Source: Sedimentisphaerales bacterium
GTDB lineage: Bacteria > Planctomycetota > Phycisphaerae > Sedimentisphaerales > Anaerobacaceae
Direction of reading: 5' to 3'
Length of the DNA: 64,000 nucleotides
Assembly (NCBI GenBank): GCA_963708075.1
Contig: OY970194.1
Span: 4,736,001 to 4,800,000, forward strand
A program made the translations under genes and the position numbers. How positions within the stretch are numbered: the stretch's first letter is position 1; every line of letters begins with the position of its first letter. Below the pieces are notes generated by a model that was not told where the DNA came from, ran no database searches, and saw nothing but the letters and a program-made list of their open reading frames with translations. Positions 61,556 through 64,000 of this stretch are shown here, piece by piece.

Positions 61556-62869
61556 CTACAGTCTCCAGCCTTCGCGGTACTTGCGGCTCAGGAGCTTATT
61601 GGCCTCGGGCAGGTTCTTCACCTTCATGCCGGGGCCGTCCCATTCGAGTTTCTGACCCGCCAGAGCGGCGATATTGCCCAGCAGGATCGTCTCCGTCAGC
61701 GGGCCCGCATAATCGAAATTCGACAGCGGCTTGGGTCCGCCCTTGCAGGCCCGAATCCACTCCTGGTAGTGATCGACGTCCCGCGGCAGGGATTGCTCCG
61801 GGGCCTTGAAGCCCTTCATTTTGGATTCCGGGATCAGCCGGGGATTGCCGCCGTGCGGCAGGAGGATCGTGCCCTTGTCACCGTAGTAGAGCCCGCCCTG
61901 GTCCGGGAGCTTGCGCTCCGCTTCCAGCTCCTTGGGCCGCGGCGGCGGGTTCTTGCCGTCCCGCCATGTCACCGTTACGGCCGGCAGGTCCCCGCGGGCG
62001 GGGAACTCCCACGTGATCACCGTATGCTCCGGGTACGTCTCCTTGTTGAACGGTCCCGGCTTCGCCTCCACGCTCGTCGGGTACTGCGGGCCCAGGACCC
62101 ACCAGGCGGGATCGATGATGTGGCAGCCCATGTCGCCGAGCGTGCCTGTGCCGAAATCCCACCAGCGCCGCCACTCACCGGGCAGATACCGGGGATGATA
62201 GGGCCGGTACGGAGCGGGACCCAGCCACAGGTCCCAGTCGAGCGTCGCGGGCACCGGGGGCGTATCTGTCGGCCGCTCGCCGCCGCCCCAGTTCTTGCCG
62301 CTCCAGAGGTCCACCCGGTTGATCTTGCCGATGACGCCGGCCTTGACCCACTCGACGAATGTCTTCATTTCGCCGGTCGCGTGGAGCTGCGTGCCCATCT
62401 GCGTCATGAGGCCGCGCTTGCGGGCTTCTTCGGTCAGTTGCCGGACTTCGTAGATGTCATGGCACAGCGGCTTTTCACAGTACACATGCTTGTCTCTCTT
62501 CAGCGCCGCCATAGCCGCCACGGCGTGGATGTTGTCCGGCGTCGCCACCGTCACCGCATCGATGTTCTTGTCCTCGGCGTCGAGCATCTTGCGGAAGTCC
62601 TTGTACTTCCTGGCATTGGGGAACTTCTCGAAGGTCTTGGCGGTATGCGGGCCCCAATCAACGTCGCACAGCGCGACGATATTCTCGCTGCTGACCGACT
62701 GGATATCGCTGGCGCCCTGGCCGCCGATGCCGATGCACGCGATATTGAGCTTCTCGCTCGGCGGCACCGTCCGGGGACCGCCCAGGACGTGCCGGGGCAC
62801 AATCGTAAACGCAGCCACGCCAGCCACGCTGCCCAAAAACTGCCGTCTGTTGATTTGTCTGGTTCTCAC
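61556..62869 (-). CDS. Tat-exported Gfo/Idh/MocA oxidoreductase
   Basis: NRRQFL; GIGGQG, ATPDNIH, YCEKP, WRRWWDFGTGTLGDMGCH. Confidence 0.93.
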   Translation of the reverse strand: MRTRQINRRQFLGSVAGVAAFTIVPRHVLGGPRTVPPSEKLNIACIGIGGQGASDIQSVSSENIVALCDVDWGPHTAKTFEKFPNARKYKDFRKMLDAEDKNIDAVTVATPDNIHAVAAMAALKRDKHVYCEKPLCHDIYEVRQLTEEARKRGLMTQMGTQLHATGEMKTFVEWVKAGVIGKINRVDLWSGKNWGGGERPTDTPPVPATLDWDLWLGPAPYRPYHPRYLPGEWRRWWDFGTGTLGDMGCHIIDPAWWVLGPQYPTSVEAKPGPFNKETYPEHTVITWEFPARGDLPAVTVTWRDGKNPPPRPKELEAERKLPDQGGLYYGDKGTILLPHGGNPRLIPESKMKGFKAPEQSLPRDVDHYQEWIRACKGGPKPLSNFDYAGPLTETILLGNIAALAGQKLEWDGPGMKVKNLPEANKLLSRKYREGWRL

Positions 62870-62979
62870 TGTGTCATCCCTCTCAATCTGGCTTGAACGC
62901 GTGGGTTGAGAACCCACCCTACTGCTCGTACGTCACCTTCGGCACCCACAATAATCAATCACCAATCATCCCTTATCAA

Positions 62980-64000
62980 TCAAAGGGTCCAGCCCTCACG
63001 AAAGAGCGGCTTGACATACTTGTTCGCTTCATCCACGTTCGTGACTCTGAGATTCTTCGAGTCCCATTCGAGCGGCGTGTCTTTCATCCGCATAGCCAGC
63101 ACGCCCAGCAGGACCGCTTCGGTGAGCGGACCGCCGTAGTCGAAGGTCGAGCTGGCGGGCTTGCCGTCTTTGCAGGCGCGGACCCAATCCTGCTCATGGC
63201 CGCTGGCGCCGCGATTGACACGCGGGATTGTCTTTTCCGGCCGCTTGTAGGCCTTCATCTTCTCTTCCGGCACGATCCGCAAACCACCCGCGCCGTGCGA
63301 GCCATGCATGATCGTGCCCTTGTCGCCGAGGAAGATCGCCCCGTTGCCTTCGAGTCGCCGGGCGGGCTCCAGGTCCTTCGGTCGCGGCGGCATCAGCCGG
63401 CCATCCAGCCACGTCAGCTTCACCGGCGGCATATCACCACGCGCGGGGAACTCATACCGGACAATCGAGGCCCGCGGATACGTCTCGGAAGCCACCTCAG
63501 GCTGGTAGTGCGTCGTCGTGGCTTCGACCCGCGTCGGGGCGCCGAGCTTCAACGCCCAGAAGGCCGGGTCGATGATGTGACAACCCATATCGCCGAGCGC
63601 GCCGGTGCCGAAATCCCACCAGCCTCGCCACTGCATCGGGCAATAGATCGGATGATAGGGCCGATACTGGGCCGGGCCCAGCCACAGGTCCCAGTCGAGC
63701 GTCTTGGGCACTTCCGGCGTTTCCTTCGGCCGCGCCATGATCGGAAAGTCCGACCACGGGTCGCCGCCCACCGGCCGGTCGCTCCAGGTGTACACCTCGC
63801 GGATCGGACCGATGGCGCCATCCGCGATCCATTCGCACAGCATGCGAATCTCTTCGGAGGAGTGGCCCTGGTTGCCCATCTGCGTCTGGACCTTGGCTGC
63901 GCGAGCCGCCTCGGTCAACTTCCGCACCTCACCAATCGAATGGGCCAGCGGTTTCTGAAGGTAGATGTGTTTACCGTGTTTGAGGCAAGCCATCGCGATC
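62980..64000 (-). CDS. Gfo/Idh/MocA oxidoreductase (5' end off the window)
   Basis: YLQKPL, QMGNQG, WRGWWDFGTGALGDMGCH; paralogue of the adjacent gene. Confidence 0.92.
   Translation of the reverse strand, partial: IAMACLKHGKHIYLQKPLAHSIGEVRKLTEAARAAKVQTQMGNQGHSSEEIRMLCEWIADGAIGPIREVYTWSDRPVGGDPWSDFPIMARPKETPEVPKTLDWDLWLGPAQYRPYHPIYCPMQWRGWWDFGTGALGDMGCHIIDPAFWALKLGAPTRVEATTTHYQPEVASETYPRASIVRYEFPARGDMPPVKLTWLDGRLMPPRPKDLEPARRLEGNGAIFLGDKGTIMHGSHGAGGLRIVPEEKMKAYKRPEKTIPRVNRGASGHEQDWVRACKDGKPASSTFDYGGPLTEAVLLGVLAMRMKDTPLEWDSKNLRVTNVDEANKYVKPLFREGWTL

Overview
GC-rich bacterial chromosome segment. The gene content and repeat families suggest an anaerobic Planctomycetota/Phycisphaerae-type organism (inference). 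From left to right: (1) a complete Tad/Flp pilus locus with a divergent tadG-like gene; (2) a few small accessory genes; (3) a SorC-regulated rare-sugar/polyol catabolic operon with an ABC transporter; (4) bcp, and an aldolase-[toxin-antitoxin]-CbbY-like HAD-FG-GAP unit; (5) housekeeping genes trpS, scpA, trxA, nfnAB; (6) a CE15 esterase; (7) an 'STGPRT..EG..N..KHG' family gene whose 3' end is an array of five 16-bp direct repeats with spacers carrying pieces of the genome's own repeat families, interrupted by an ISAs1 element (20-bp IRs, 10-bp TSD); (8) a DUF1015-aminotransferase pair and GT2/GT-C/ApbE genes, with a 90-bp REP inserted in frame in the GT-C gene; (9) an exported Gfo/Idh/MocA + DUF1080 + TIM-barrel (3-keto-glycoside-type) cluster next to a 7-haem cytochrome c and a cytochrome b. 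REP-like palindromes and heptamer-repeat hairpins are abundant. Six genes carry single frameshifts, probably sequencing errors; three of them share one context (GGTCTC read as GGTTCTC). I saw no rRNA, tRNA or canonical CRISPR-Cas.
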